This document shows positions 46,084 through 57,434 of a DNA stretch of 64,000 bases, piece after piece; position 1 is the stretch's first letter; each line of letters begins with the position of its first letter. Position numbers and translations under genes: made by a program. The notes under the pieces are model-generated. The model saw nothing but the letters and a program-made list of their open reading frames with translations, did no database searches and was not told where the DNA came from. This DNA is from Ranitomeya imitator (Eukaryota), in the NCBI RefSeq assembly GCF_032444005.1, contig NC_091291.1, forward strand, positions 137,826,001 to 137,890,000, given 5' to 3'.

Positions 46084-46618
46084 CTGTAAGGACACAAGAA
46101 CAAAGACGCCATGAATCTCCCCCACTGCAGAAGACTAATATCAGGGATACACGGCGACATCGCGATCCTGCTGACACACTGTGACGAAGCATCTAACGAT
46201 TCCCTAATAAGTCGCATTGCGTCCTGCTCCAGAAGCTTCACGTATGTCACAGGGTACAATCAGGCACCAATCACATGCCATAGACTTCAATGCGACCGGT
46301 CACACGATGAAGCCCCAACACCAAGGCAAACTCTAAATATACAACTATATAATACAAGGCCCAAAAAGCAATTCCAGTTCAGGTCATCAGAAATGATTTT
46401 TGGCTATGAAAGTGAATTATTAATATTACCACTAGTGCATATAGGGATAGGATCTTGGAGATGGGAATACCCCTTTAAGTCGTTGCCCTGCAAATACAAA
46501 AATGGCTTCTGGAGTAAAGCTTTCGAGGAGACCCTGAGCACAGCCGCCCGCACGCAGTGATGTGAATTACGGCCACTGCCCAGACTTCAGCGATTGCCAT
46601 TCAAGCTCGATCCGTTAC

Positions 46619-46719
46619 CTGATGGACAGCAGAGGCGGCTGCGCGATTTCAAACACGAATCTCTCCACCGGGTGGTGCTCTTTATCCAGGATCACCAGCA
46701 CCACCTTCTCCACATCATT
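46619..46719 (-). CDS. mad2l2: MAD2L2 coding exon 4
   Basis: ttgcag|AAT...AG|gtaacg. Encodes [33 protein letters not shown](S). Confidence 0.96.
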
Positions 46720-46744
46720 CTGCAAATAGGTAGGAAAACACGGG

Positions 46745-48930
46745 TCACAAGACGGGAGAGGAGGATGTAACCACAGGACGGACGGACGAGAGGAAAAGAG
46801 GATGTAACCACAGGACGGGCGAGAGGAGAGCAGCACGTAACCACAGGACGGGCGGACGAGAGGAAAAGAGGATGTAACCACAAGACGGATGGACGAGAGG
46901 AAAAGAGGAGCGCGTAACCACAGGACGGGCAGACGAGAGGAAAAGAGGAGCGCGTAACCACAGGACGGACGAGAGGAGAGCAGCACGTAACCACAGGACG
47001 GGCGGACGAGAGGAAAAGAGGATGTAACCACAGGACGGGCGAGAGGAGAGCAGCACGTAACCACAGGACGGGCGGACGAGAGGAAAAGAGGATGTAACCA
47101 CAAGACGGATGGACGAGAGGAAAAGAGGAGCGCGTAACCACAGGACGGGCAGACGAGAGGAAAAGAGGAGCGCGTAACCACAGGACGGACGAGAGGAGAG
47201 CAGCACGTAACCACAGGACGGGCGGACGAGAGGAAAAGAGGATGTAACCACAGGACGGACGAGAGGAGAGCAGCACGTAACCACAGGACGGGCGGACGAG
47301 AGGAAAAGAGGATGTAACCACAAGACGGATGGACGAGAGGAAAAGAGGAGCGCGTAACCACAGGACGGGCAGACGAGAGGAAAAGAGGAGCGCGTAACCA
47401 CAGGACGGACGAGAGGAGAGCAGCACGTAACCACAGGACGGGCGGACGAGAGGAAAAGAGGATGTAACCACAAGACGGATGGACGAGAGGAAAAGAGGAG
47501 CGCGTAACCACAGGACGGGCAGACGAGAGGAAAAGAGGAGCGCGTAACCACAGGACGGACGAGAGGAGAGCAGCACGTAACCACAGGACGGGCGGACGAG
47601 AGGAAAAGAGGATGTAACCACAGGACGGACGAGAGGAGAGCAGCACGTAACCACAGGACGGGCGGACGAGAGGAAAAGAGGATGTAACCACAAGACGGAT
47701 GGACGAGAGGAAAAGAGGAGCGCGTAACCACAGGACGGGCAGACGAGAGGAAAAGAGGATGTAACCACAGGACGGACGAGAGGAGAGCAGCACGTAACCA
47801 CAGGACGGGCGGACGAGAGGAAAAGAGGATGTAACCACAGGACGGACGGACGAGAGGAAAAGAGGATGTAACCACAAGACGGATGGACGAGAGGAAAAGA
47901 GGAGCGCGTAACCACAGGACGGACGAGAGGAGAGCAGCACGTAACCACAGGACGGGCGGACGAGAGGAAAAGAGGAGCGCATAACCACAGGACGGGCGGA
48001 CGAGAGGAAAAGAGGAGCGCGTAACCACAGGACGGGCGGACGAGAGGAGGAGAAGAGCGCGTAACCACAGGACAGTCGGGAGGAGGAGAAGAGCGCGTAA
48101 CCACAGGACGGGCGGACGAGAGGAAAAGAGCGCGTAACCACAGGACAGTCGGGAGGAGGAGAAGAGCGCGTAACCACAGGACAGTCGGGAGGAGGAGAAG
48201 AGCGCGTAACCACAGGACAGTCGGGAGGAGGAGAAGAGCGCGTAACCACAGGACAGTCGGGAGGAGGAGAAGAGCGCGTAACCACAGGACAGTCGGGAGG
48301 AGGAGAAGAGCGCGTAACCACAGGACAGTCGGGAGGAGAGCAGCACGTAACCACAGGACGGGCGGACGAGAGGAAAAGAGGAGCGCGTAACCACAGGACG
48401 GGCGGACGAGAGGAGGAGAAGAGCGCGTAACCACAGGACAGTCGGGAGGAGGAGAAGAGCGCGTAACCACAGGACGGGCGGACGAGAGGAAAAGAGCGCG
48501 TAACCACAGGACAGTCGGGAGGAGGAGAAGAGCGCGTAACCACAGGACAGTCGGGAGGAGGAGAAGAGCGCGTAACCACAGGACAGTCGGGAGGAGGAGA
48601 AGAGCGCGTAACCACAGGACAGTCGGGAGGAGGAGAAGAGCGCGTAACCACAGGACAGTCGGGAGGAGGAGAAGAGCGCGTAACCACAGGACAGTCGGGA
48701 GGAGGAGAAGAGCGCGTAACCACAGGACAGTCGGGAGGAGGAGAAGAGCGCGTAACCACAGGACAGTCGGGAGGAGGAGAAGAGCGCGTAACCACAGGAC
48801 AGTCGGGAGGAGGAGAAGAGCGCGTAACCACAGGACAGTCGGGAGGAGGAGAAGAGCGCGTAACCACAGGACAGTCGGGAGGAGGAGAAGAGCGCGTAAC
48901 CACAGGACAGTCGGGAGGAGGAGAAGTACA
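46745..48930. repeat. Compound purine-rich minisatellite filling a mad2l2 intron
   Basis: All units share gtaaccacaggac. Mixed ~34-40-bp variants give way to a homogeneous 36-mer, gtaaccacaggacagtcgggaggaggagaagagcgc. Confidence 0.93.
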
Positions 48931-48976
48931 CGGAACTACAGACCGTTCCAGGAACCCGGAGAACGCTCGTCCTCAC

Positions 48977-49048
48977 CTTCTCTATGAGCGGCTTCACGCA
49001 GTGCAGGGTGTCCTGGATGTAGCGGTTTAGCTCAGGGTGACAGGACAT
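48977..49048 (-). CDS. mad2l2: MAD2L2 coding exon 3
   Basis: ctgtag|ATG...AAG|gtgagg. Encodes [24 protein letters not shown]. Confidence 0.96.
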
Positions 49049-49489
49049 CTACAGCAGGAAAATATAACAACTGAATACATTTCATTTCCTCTTAGGCATC
49101 AGCTCTGCTTCTGGGAAGAGAAGTGCAGAAGTATAAAGCATGTGGGAGGGAGGGAGCAGCTGAGGCCTCTAATAAAAGAAACATGAGTGTGGGGGGGCAG
49201 GACTCGCAGGTTTTCTCCATCACTGGGGTGGGAGCAGGACTCTCACCGTCTCCATCCTCAGACAGACGTTAGGACTAACGATGAGCACACGTGCTGGGAT
49301 AAGGTGTTATCTGAGCATGCTTGGTGTGAATGAGTGACTGACATGCTCGAATAATATTTTTGAGTCCCCGCGGCTCCATGTCTCTCAGTTGTTTGACATC
49401 CACAACACATGCAGGGATCGCCTAACAAACAGCAAATGCCTGCATGTGTTGCTGCTGTCTAACAGCCGTGAGATATGCAGGGACAGGAA

Positions 49490-50740
49490 GGACGGGGGAA
49501 GGGAGGAAGGAAGGACGGGGAGAAGGGAGGAGGAAGGACGGGGGGAAGGGAGGAGGAAGGACGGGGGGAAGGGAGGAGGAAGGACGGGGGGAAGGGAGGA
49601 GGAAGGACGGGGGGAAGGGAGGAGGAAGGACGGGGGAAAGGGAGGAGGAAGGACGGGGGGAAGGGAGGAGGAAGGACGGGGGGGAAGGGAGGAGGAAGGA
49701 CGGGGAGAAGGGAGGAGGAAGGACGGGGGGAAGGGAGGAGGAAGGACGGGGGGAAGGGAGGAGGAAGGACGGGGGAAAGGGAGGAGGAAGGACGGGGGGG
49801 AAGGGAGGAGGAAGGACGGGGGGGAAGGGAGGAGGAAGGACGGGGGGGGGAAGGGAGGAGGAAGGACGGGGGGGAAGGGAGGAGGAAGGACGGGGGGGAA
49901 GGGAGGAGGAAGGACGGGGGGGAAGGGAGGAGGAAGGACGGGGGGGAAGGGAGGAGGAAGGACGGGGGGGAAGGGAGGAGGAAGGACGGGGGGGAAGGGA
50001 GGAGGAAGGACGGGGGGGAAGGGAGGAGGAAGGACGGGGGGAAGGGAGGAGGAAGGACGGGGGGGAAGGGAGGAGGAAGGACGGGGGGGAAGGGAGGAGG
50101 AAGGACGGGGGGGAAGGGAGGAGGAAGGACGGGGGGAAGGGAGGAGGAAGGACGGGGGGAAGGGAGGAGGAAGGACGGGGGGAAGGGAGGAGGAAGGACG
50201 GGGGGAAGGGAGGAGGAAGGACGGGGGGAAGGGAGGAGGAAGTACGGGGGGAAGGGAGGAGGAAGGACGGGGGAAGGGAGGAGGAAGGACGGGGGGAAGG
50301 GAGGAGGAAGGACGGGGGGAAGGGAGGAGGAAGGACGGGGGGAAGGGAGGAGGAAGGACGGGGGGAAGGGAGGAGGAAGGACGGGGGAAGGGAGGAGGAA
50401 GGACGGGGGAAGGGAGGAGGGAGGAGGAAGGACGGGGGAAAGGGAGGAGGAAGGACGGGGGAAGGGAGGAGGAAGGACGGGGGAAGGGAGGAGGAAGGAC
50501 GGGGGAAGGGAGGAGGAAGGACGGGGGAAGGGAGGAGGAAGGACGGGGGAAGGGAGGAGGAAGGACGGGGGAAGGGAGGAGGAAGGACGGGGGAAGGGAG
50601 GAGGAAGGACGGGGGGTGGGGAGGAAGGGCGGGGGGTGGGGAGGAAGGACGGGGGAGGGGGAGGAAGGACGGGGGAGGGGGAGGAAGGACGGGGGAGGGG
50701 GAGGAAGGACGGGGGAGGGGGAGGAAGGACGGGGGAGGGT
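49490..50740. repeat. 22-25-bp polypurine minisatellite (~1.25 kb)
   Basis: Unit g(5-8)aagggaggaggaaggac; almost no T and one C per unit. Confidence 0.95.
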
Positions 50741-50799
50741 CGAGCAGAAGTTTACCAGCTGTAAGGTCAATGTCACAATGACCCCCGAGGATCAGGTAC

Positions 50800-50918
50800 C
50801 TGCACTGGGACATTGTACTTCTTCCTCTTCTGGAAGATCCCGATGGGATAGACTTCTCGGACGTACAGAATTAGATGGACGGCCACCTCCAGAAACTCAC
50901 ACAATATGTCTGCCACCA
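50800..50918 (-). CDS. mad2l2: MAD2L2 coding exon 2
   Basis: cctcag|TG...CAG|gtacct. Encodes (V)[39 protein letters not shown]. Confidence 0.96.
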
Positions 50919-51009
50919 CTGAGGAGAGCAGCAATGAAAAGGTTAACATTTACCATTAGACCCAAGATTTACCCCTGTAACCCCCACCCAGAGTCCTTTA
51001 TATAAAGGA

Positions 51010-53500
51010 CCGCCCCCTCGCCCCCAGCACACACAGCACCCTCGCCCCCAGCACACACCGCCCCCTCGCCTCCAGCACACACCGCCCCCTCGCCTCCAGC
51101 ACACACCGCCCCCTCGCCTCCAGCACACACCGCCCCCTCGCCTCCAGCACACACCGCCCCCTCGCCTCCAGCACACACCGCCCCCTCGCCTCCAGCACAC
51201 ACCGCCCCCTCGCCTCCAGCACACACCGCCCCCTCGCCTCCAGCACACACCGCCCCCTCGCCTCCAGCACACACCGCCCCCTCGCCTCCAGCACACACAG
51301 CACCCTCGCCTCCAGCACACACCGCCCCCTCGCCTCCAGCACACACCGCCCCCTCGCCTCCAGCACACACCGCCCCCTCGCGTCCACCACACAGACCGCC
51401 CCCTCGCCTCCAGCACACAGACCGCCCCCTCGCCTCCAGCACACAGACCGCCCCCTCGCCTCCAGCACAGACAGCCCCCTCGCCTCCAGCACAGACAGCC
51501 CCCTCGCCTCCAGCACAGACAGCCCCCTCGCCTCCAGCACAGACAGCCCCCTCGCCTCCAGCACAGACAGCCCCCTCGCCTCCAGCACACACCGCCCCCT
51601 CGCCTCCAGCACACACCGCCCCCTCGCCTCCAGCACACACCGCCCCCTCGCCTCCAGCACACACCGCCCCCTCGCCTCCAGCACACACCGCCCCCTCGCC
51701 TCCAGCACACACCGCCCCCTCGCCTCCAGCACACACCGCCCCCTCGCCTCCAGCACACACAGCACCCTCGCCTCCAGCACACACCGCCCCCTCGCCTCCA
51801 GCACACACCGCCCCCTCGCCTCCAGCACACACCGCCCCCTCGCCTCCAGCACACACCGCCCCCTCGCCTCCAGCACACACCGCCCCCTCGCCTCCAGCAC
51901 ACACCGCCCCCTCGCCTCCAGCACACACCGCCCCCTCGCCTCCAGCACACACCGCCCCCTCGCCTCCAGCACACACCGCCCCCTCGCCTCCAGCACACAC
52001 CGCCCCCTCGCCTCCAGCACACACAGCCCCCTCGCGTCCAGCACACACCGCCCCCTCGCGTCCACCACACAGACCGCCCCCTCGCCTCCAGCACACAGAC
52101 CGCCCCCTCGCCTCCAGCACACAGACCGCCCCCTCGCCTCCAGCACACAGACCGCCCCCTCGCCTCCAGCACACACCGCCCACCTCGCCTCCTGCACAGA
52201 CAGCCCCCTCGTGTCCAGCACAGACAGCCCCCTCGCGTCCAGCACACACCGCCCCCTCGCGTCCAGCACAGACCGCCCCCAGCACACACCACCCCCTCGC
52301 GTCCAGCACAGACAGCCCCCTCGCGTCCAGCACAGACAGCCCCCTCGCGTCCAGCACACACCGCCCCCCTCGCCTCCAGCACACACCGCCCCCCTTGCCT
52401 CCAGCACAGACAGCCCCCTCGCGTCCAGCACACACCACCCCCTCGTGTCCAGCACAGACAGCCCCCTCGCGTCCAGCACACACCGCCCCCTCGCCTCCAG
52501 CACACACCGCCCCCTCGCCTCCAGCACACACCGCCCCCTCGCCTCCAGCACACACCGTCCCCTCGCCTCCAGCACACACCGTCCCCTCGCCTCCAGCACA
52601 GACAGCCCCCTCGTGTCCAGCACACACCGCCCCCAGCACAGACAGCCCCCTCGTGTCCAGCACACACCGCCCCCAGCACAGACAGCCCCCTCACCTCCAG
52701 CACAGACAGCCCCCTCGTGTCCAGCACACACCGCCCCCTCGCCTCCAGCACAGACAGCCCCCTCGCCTCCAGCACAGACAGCCCCCTCGCCTCCAGCACA
52801 GACAGCCCCCTCGCCTCCAGCACAGACAGCCTCCAGCACAGACAGCCCCCTCGCCTCCAGCACAGACAGCCCCCTCGTGTCCAGCACAGACAGCCCCCTC
52901 GTGTCCAGCACAGACAGCCCCCTCGCCTCCAGGCTCCAGCACAGACCGCCCCCTTCGCCTCCAGCACAGACAGCCCCCTCGTGTCCAGCACAGACAGCCC
53001 CCTCGTGTCCAGCACAGACAGCCCCCTCGCCTCCAGCACAGACCGCCCCCTTCGCCTCCAGCACAGACAGCCCCCTCGTGTCCAGCACAGACAGCCCCCT
53101 CGCCTCCAGCACAGACAGCCCCCTCGCCTCCAGCACAGACAGCCCCCTCGTGTCCAGCACAGACAGCCCCCTCGTGTCCAGCACAGACAGCCCCCTCGCC
53201 TCCAGCACACACCGCCCCCTCGCCTCCAGCACAGACAGCCCCCTCGCCTCCAGCACAGACAGCCCCCTCGTGTCCAGCACAGACAGCCCCCTCGTGTCCA
53301 GCACAGACAGCCCCCTCGCCTCCAGCACACACCGCCCCCTCGCCTCCAGCACAGACAGCCCCCTCGCCTCCAGCACAGACAGCCCCCTCGCCTCCAGCAC
53401 AGACAGCCCCCTCGCCTCCAGCACAGACAGCCCCCTCGCCTCCAGCACAGACAGCCCCCTCGCCTCCAGCACAGACAGCCCCCTCCGCCTCCAGCACAGA
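51010..53500. repeat. 24/26-bp C-rich minisatellite, about 100 copies, filling a mad2l2 intron
   Basis: Units ccccctcgcctccagcacacaccg and ccccctcgcctccagcacagacag. Confidence 0.95.
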
Positions 53501-53530
53501 CAGCCCCCTCGCCTCCCGCTCCGCACCTAC

Positions 53531-53570
53531 CCTGCCCGAAGTTCAGGTCCTGCCGTGTGATCGTCGTCAT
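53531..53570 (-). CDS. mad2l2: MAD2L2 coding exon 1
   Basis: Acceptor tttcatag ends at 53579. Encodes MTTITRQDLNFGQ; G|gtaggt donor. Confidence 0.95.
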
Positions 53571-53779
53571 TGTTCCATCTATGAAATAAAGGTGCAGACA
53601 CAATTACAGGAGGACACTGCGGGCAGTGACAATGGAGCCGCCTGTGTGCAGTATCCGCTCTGCTCAGCAGGTGGCAGCACTGCTCTTATTCTTCCCATGT
53701 GTTTCCCTGGGTATAAAAGCAGGAGGAAAACTAATGGCAGAGAGTACGGGGCACAGACACTGCTCTCCCCGGTGCCCCC

Positions 53780-54020
53780 CGTATACGGACCTGAGCGACC
53801 CTGACACCGGCTGCGACCACCGCCTGCGCCGAATCTACGGAGACCCGGTCGCACCAGTGATGACGTCACGACAACGGCCCCGCCCCCTACACGCCTTAGT
53901 CCCGCCTCCTTCTCCCAGGCTCCCACAGGTCCTAGCGCCGCCGGAGAACGGAGCCGACTGCCGCTGCTGGTGGATGTGTGCGTCTGGGACTTGTAGTCCT
54001 CCTGTAGAGCCGCACCGGGT
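53780..54020 (-). promoter_or_regulatory. CpG-rich mad2l2 promoter and probable non-coding first exon
   Basis: Candidate donor CAG|gtccgt at 53791/53790. CRE TGACGTCA at 53861-53868, GC box CCCCGCCCC at 53878-53886, ACTACAAGTCCCA (ZNF143/THAP11-type) at 53985-53997 on the minus strand. Confidence 0.7.
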
Positions 54021-54074
54021 GTGAATATGCTGCATTATACATAATGATGCTATATTAATATGGAGAATGAACAG

Positions 54075-57000
54075 GTGTATCTAAGCCAAGAGTGTGATAC
54101 ACGACCAGAATATACAGGTGTATCTAAGCCTAGTGTGTGATACAGTCTGAGGGGAGCAGAATATACAGGTGTATCTAAGCCTTGTGTGTGTGATACAGTC
54201 TGAGGGGAGCAGAATATACAGGTGTATCTAAGCCTTGTGTGTGATACAGTCTGAGGGAGCAGAATATACAGGTGTATCTAAGCCTTGTGTGTAATACAGT
54301 CTGAGGGGAGCAGAATATACAGGTGTATCTAAGCCTTGTGTGTGGTACAGTCTGAGGGGAGCAGAATATACAGGTGTATCTAAGCCTTGTGTGTGTGATA
54401 CAGTCTGAGGGGAGCAGAATATACAGGTGTATCTAAGCCTTGTGTGTGATACAGTCTGAGGGGAGCAGAATATACAGGTGTATCTAAGCCTTGTGTGTGT
54501 GATACAGTCTGAGGGGAGCAGAATATACAGGTGTATCTAAGCCTTGTGTGTGATACAGTCTGAGGGAGCAGAATATACAGGTGTATCTAAGCCTTGTGTG
54601 TGTGATACAGTCTGAGGGGAGCAGAATATACAGGTGTATCTAAGCCTTGTGTGTGGTACAGTCTGAGGGGAGCAGAATATACAGGTGTATCTAAGCCTTG
54701 TGTGTGGTACAGTCTGAGGGGAGCAGAATATACAGGTGTATCTAAGCCTTGTGTGTGATACAGTCTGAGGGGAGCAGAATATACAGGTGTATCTAAGCCT
54801 TGTGTGTGATACAGTCTGAGGGGAGCAGAATATACAGGTGTATCTAAGCCTTGTGTGTGTGATACAGTCTGAGGGGAGCAGAATATACAGGTGTATCTAA
54901 GCCTTGTGTGTAATACAGTCTGAGGGGAGCAGAATATACAGGTGTATCTAAGCCTTGTGTGTGATACAGTCTGAGGGGAGCAGAATATACAGGTGTATCT
55001 AAGCCTTGTGTGTGTGATACAGTCTGAGGGGAGCAGAATATACAGGTGTATCTAAGCCTTGTGTGTGATACAGTCTGAGGGAGCAGAATATACAGGTGTA
55101 TCTAAGCCTTGTGTGTGTGATACAGTCTGAGGGGAGCAGAATATACAGGTGTATCTAAGCCTTGTGTGTGGTACAGTCTGAGGGGAGCAGAATATACAGG
55201 TGTATCTAAGCCTTGTGTGTGGTACAGTCTGAGGGGAGCAGAATATACAGGTGTATCTAAGCCTTGTGTGTGATACAGTCTGAGGGGAGCAGAATATACA
55301 GGTGTATCTAAGCCTTGTGTGTGATACAGTCTGAGGGGAGCAGAATATACAGGTGTATCTAAGCCAAGTGTGTGTGATACAGTCTGAGGGGAGCAGAATA
55401 TACAGGTGTATCTAAGCCAAGTGTGTGTGATACAGTCTGAGGGGAGCAGAATATACAGGTGTATCTAAGCCTTGTTTGTAATACAGTCTGAGGGGAGCAG
55501 AATATACAGGTGTATCTAAGCCTTGTGTGTGATACAGTCTGAGGGGAGCAGAATATACAGGTGTATCTAAGCCTTGTGTGTGATACAGTCTGAGGGGAGC
55601 AGAATATACAGGTGTATCTAAGCCTTGTGTGTGATACAGTCTGAGGGGAGCAGAATATACAGGTGTATCTAAGCCAAGTGTGTGTGATACAGTCTGAGGG
55701 GAGCAGAATATACAGGTGTATCTAAGCCTTGTTTGTAATACAGTCTGAGGGGAGCAGAATATACAGGTGTATCTAAGCCAAGTGTGTGTGATACAGTCTG
55801 AGGGGAGCAGAATATACAGGTGTATCTAAGCCTTGTGTGTGATACAGTCTGAGGGAGCAGAATATACAGGTGTATCTAAGCCTTGTGTGTGATACAGTCT
55901 GAGGGAACAGAATATACAGGTGTATCTAAGCCAAGTGTGTGTGATACAGTCTGAGGGGAGCAGAATATACAGGTGTATCTAAGCCTTGTGTGTGGTACAG
56001 TCTGAGGGGAGCAGAATATACAGGTGTATCTAAGCCTTGTGTGTGATACAGTCTGAGGGGAGCAGAATATACAGGTGTATCTAAGCCTTGTGTGTGATAC
56101 AGTCTGAGGGGAGCAGAATATACAGGTGTATCTAAGCCAAGTGTGTGTGATACAGTCTGAGGGGAACAGAATATACAGGTGTATCTAAGCCTTGTGTGTG
56201 ATACAGTCTGAGGGGAGCAGAATATAGAGGTGTATCTAAGCCTTGTGTGTGATACAGTCTTAGGGGAGCAGAATATACAGGTGTATCTAAGCCTTGTGTG
56301 TGATACAGTCTGAGGGGAGCAGAATATACAGGTGTATCTAAGCCAAGTGTGTGTGATACAGTCTGAGGGGAGCAGAATATACAGGTGTATCTAAGCCTAG
56401 TGTGTAATACAGTCTGAGGGGAGCAGAATATACAGGTGTATCTAAGCCTTGTGTGTAATACAGTCTGAGGGGAGCAGAATATACAGGTGTATCTAAGCCT
56501 TGTGTGTGATACAGTCTGAGGGGAGCAGAATATACAGGTGTATCTAAGCCTTGTGTGTGTGATACAGTCTGAGGGTAGCAGAATATACAGGTGTATCTAA
56601 GCCTTGTGTGTGATACAGTCTGAGGGAGCAGAATATACAGGTGTATCTAAGCCTTGTGTGTGTGATACAGTCTGAGGGGAGCAGAATATACAGGTGTATC
56701 TAAGCCTTGTGTGTGGTACAGTCTGAGGGGAGCAGAATATACAGGTGTATCTAAGCCTTGTGTGTGATACAGTCTGAGGGAGCAGAATATACAGGTGTAT
56801 CTAAGCCTTGTGTGTGATACAGTCTGAGGGGAGCAGAATATACAGGTGTATCTAAGCCTTGTGTGTGATACAGTCTGAGGGGAGCAGAATATACAGGTGT
56901 ATCTAAGCCAAGTGTGTGTGATACAGTCTGAGGGGAGCAGAATATACAGGTGTATCTAAGCCTTGTGTGTGATACAGTCTGAGGGGAGCAGAATATACAG

Positions 57001-57430
57001 GTGTATCTAAGCCTTGTGTGTGATACAGTCTGAGGGAGCAGAATATACAGGTGTATCTAAGCCTTGTGTGTGATACAGTCTGAGGGGAGCAGAATATACA
57101 GGTGTATCTAAGCCTTGTGTGTGATACAGTCTGAGGGGAGCAGAATATACAGGTGTATCTAAGCCAAGTGTGTGTGATACAGTCTGAGGGGAGCAGAATA
57201 TACAGGTGTATCTAAGCCTTGTGTGTGATACAGTCTGAGGGGAGCAGAATATACAGGTGTATCTAAGCCTTGTGTGTGATACAGTCTGAGGGGAGCAGAA
57301 TATACAGGTGTATCTAAGCCTTGTGTGTGATACACGACCAGAATGTACAGGTGTATCTAAGCCTTGTGTGTGATACAGTCTGAGGAGAGCAAAATATACA
57401 GGTGTATCTAAGTCTTGTCTGTGATATAGT
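54075..57430. repeat. ~51-bp satellite, about 65 copies
   Basis: Unit caggtgtatctaagccttgtgtgtgatacagtctgaggggagcagaatata, with tg-number variants. Confidence 0.96.
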
Positions 57431-57434
57431 TTAA

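Noticed and set aside
46615-49048. 592-767-aa ORFs that begin or end with true MAD2L2 peptide
   Set aside because: They are read-through of an intronic repeat. Canonical splice sites at 48977 and 46719 give the normal REV7 sequence.
49385-53804. Long Gly/Arg-, Pro- and Cys-rich ORFs (430-886 aa)
   Set aside because: They are translations of stop-free 22-26-bp tandem units, open in many frames on both strands, inside mad2l2 introns.
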